Origin: Vicugna vicugna
Taxonomy: Eukaryota
Assembly: GCA_013265495.1 (NCBI GenBank)
Contig: MU058636.1
Coordinates: forward strand, 8,639,425-8,703,424
DNA: 64,000 nucleotides
Direction: 5' to 3'
Below the pieces are notes generated by a model. The model saw nothing but the letters and a program-made list of their open reading frames with translations. It did not search any database and was not told the origin of the DNA. A program made the position numbers and the translations under genes. Positions 63,780 through 64,000 of the stretch are shown here, piece after piece (position 1 is the stretch's first letter; each line of letters begins with the position of its first letter).

Positions 63780-64000
63780 GTATGGCAACGTTGTCCGCTG
63801 TAGGTGTTTTGCCTCCAAAGCCACCATCCCATAAATTAAGCCCTACTCTGGCCAATTAAGTGGCCCCTTTATCTGTGGCGCTGGACTTCGCTGCTTTCTT
63901 CCACCTCGAGGCCTGCAGACACCCCGGTCTCCAGGCTGTAACATGCGTTTCTCTCCCTTTGTGCTCGTCTAGTATATCTAGTTGACACGCACAGCCAGCG
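63780..64000. promoter_or_regulatory. Probable shoulder of a CpG island beyond the window edge
   Basis: About 10 CpGs in the last 220 bp and rising GC content; CCAAT near 63852. Confidence 0.4.

Overview
AT-rich mammalian non-coding DNA, most likely camelid (camel/alpaca): a Vic-1-like SINE lies at 61.56-61.70 kb and the L1 3' ends look camelid-type. I found no credible protein-coding exon, RNA gene or processed pseudogene. The listed ORFs are L1 remnants, low-complexity artefacts or chance ORFs. The window is a mosaic of ancient repeats (MIR, L2, old L1M, MLT1, MER5A/20/58/81), lineage L1 3' ends and about seven ERV1-type solo LTRs between 3.4 and 42 kb, several with visible 4-bp TSDs. Most notable: (i) three related LTRs at 24.3-28.1 kb, two of them inverted and sharing an 87/88-identical core inside otherwise diverged sequence; (ii) a young-looking LTR with a duplicated octamer+CCAAT module; (iii) an orphan CpG island at 44.6-45.3 kb with promoter motifs and a strong minus-strand splice donor, plus candidate non-coding minus-strand exons downstream; (iv) several repeat-free, motif-rich, enhancer-like blocks; (v) rising CpG density at the right edge. 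Repeat family names come from recalled consensus similarity, not from a search, and boundaries of old repeats are approximate. I cannot support a claim of a novel biological system here.
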